Below are positions 26,583 through 27,040 of a DNA stretch of 27,040 nt, piece by piece. This DNA comes from an archaeon (lineage in GTDB: Archaea; Iainarchaeota; Iainarchaeia; Iainarchaeales; 1-14-0-10-31-34): positions 1 to 27,040 of the forward strand of contig JBDRIL010000020.1 of NCBI GenBank assembly GCA_043815885.1. The letters run 5' to 3'. The notes below the pieces were generated by a model. It worked only from the letters and a program-made list of their open reading frames with translations, had not been told where the DNA came from and did not search any database. The stretch's first letter is position 1. The number at the start of each line of letters is the position of its first letter. The position numbers were made by a program, and so were the translations under genes.

Positions 26583-27040
26583 ATGTTGGATAATCGTGTC
26601 GTTTGTTTGAATGTTTTACCTTTAACTAATATAAAACAATCTTTATTAGCTAATTTGACTGAGGAGTATTCTCGCGTTGCTAATACTATTCTAGGTGTTT
26701 TTAATTCTAAAAAGTCTTCTTCATGCACCAAATTGCATCACCTTGTTTATAGCAGGATGAGAGAAGATAGTTGGTTGTCTTCTCAACACATAATTTATGC
26801 TATTAGGCAGGTCTGGAGCCAAAGGAAACAAAGACCCAAAGAGTTTAAGAGACTTCCAGTAAGGTTTGATAAAACTCGTTTGTTTACTACTGATAAAACT
26901 GTTCATGGAACACTTGTTTTTAATGTGACCGTTAAGCCTAAGCAAAGGATTGCCTTGCCTATTGCTAAAGATGGTGCTTTTCAGCGTTTTAATTCTTTTT
27001 TGGGTGAAGGATATGTTTTTGAAACCATTTACTTGAAAGA
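26583..27040 (+). CDS. tnpB: TnpB-family (IS200/IS605 OrfB or Cas12f-like) protein, N-terminal 152 aa; truncated by the window edge
   Basis: Manual translation MLDNRVVCLNVLPLTNIKQSLLANLTEEYSRVAN..LHHLVYSRMRE..LSSQHIIYAIRQVWSQRK..PVRFDK..QRIALP is open to the window end and resembles archaeal TnpB N-termini; T-rich third positions. The RuvC region is not visible. Not in the ORF track. Confidence 0.65.
   Translation, partial: MLDNRVVCLNVLPLTNIKQSLLANLTEEYSRVANTILGVFNSKKSSSCTKLHHLVYSRMREDSWLSSQHIIYAIRQVWSQRKQRPKEFKRLPVRFDKTRLFTTDKTVHGTLVFNVTVKPKQRIALPIAKDGAFQRFNSFLGEGYVFETIYLK

Noticed and set aside
26456..26945. Minus-strand ORFs 26456-26731 and 26721-26945
   Set aside because: They are antisense to the longer TnpB-like frame and have no recognisable features.

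Overview
AT-rich archaeal chromosomal window; a DPANN origin (possibly Iainarchaeota/Diapherotrites) is inferred from gene content only. Left to right: end of an Sm-like (Lsm) gene; trpB2 plus a small SerK-like ParB/Srx-fold gene; tRNA-Ala(GGC) with a D-arm intron; a long coiled-coil protein; two paralogous ~1200-aa LamG/PKD/FN3/Cys-rich surface proteins; tRNA-Val(GAC); a TtuA-type tRNA thiolase; the conserved archaeal exosome/proteasome superoperon (rpl15e, rpp30, pop5, psmA, SBDS, rrp4, rrp41, rrp42, rpl37ae, rpoP, pcc1, pfdB, DHH protein) interrupted by an inverted nadX-nadA pair; several small membrane or secreted proteins; and the 5' part of a TnpB-like gene. The most striking observation is at trpB2. 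Its conserved N-terminus has no in-frame start codon but is reached from a 14-codon, SD-led leader ORF by a +1 shift at AGG-GAU-UUA-CUU-UGG-C. This matches the bacterial prfB frameshift cassette codon for codon, with a Trp codon in place of the stop, and suggests Trp-starvation-induced frameshifting that controls a phosphoserine-dependent Trp salvage module. A homopolymer assembly error is the main alternative explanation. Three families of dispersed palindromic repeats are also present, one inserted in frame in two unrelated genes. All protein assignments come from recognised motifs and gene context; no searches were run.
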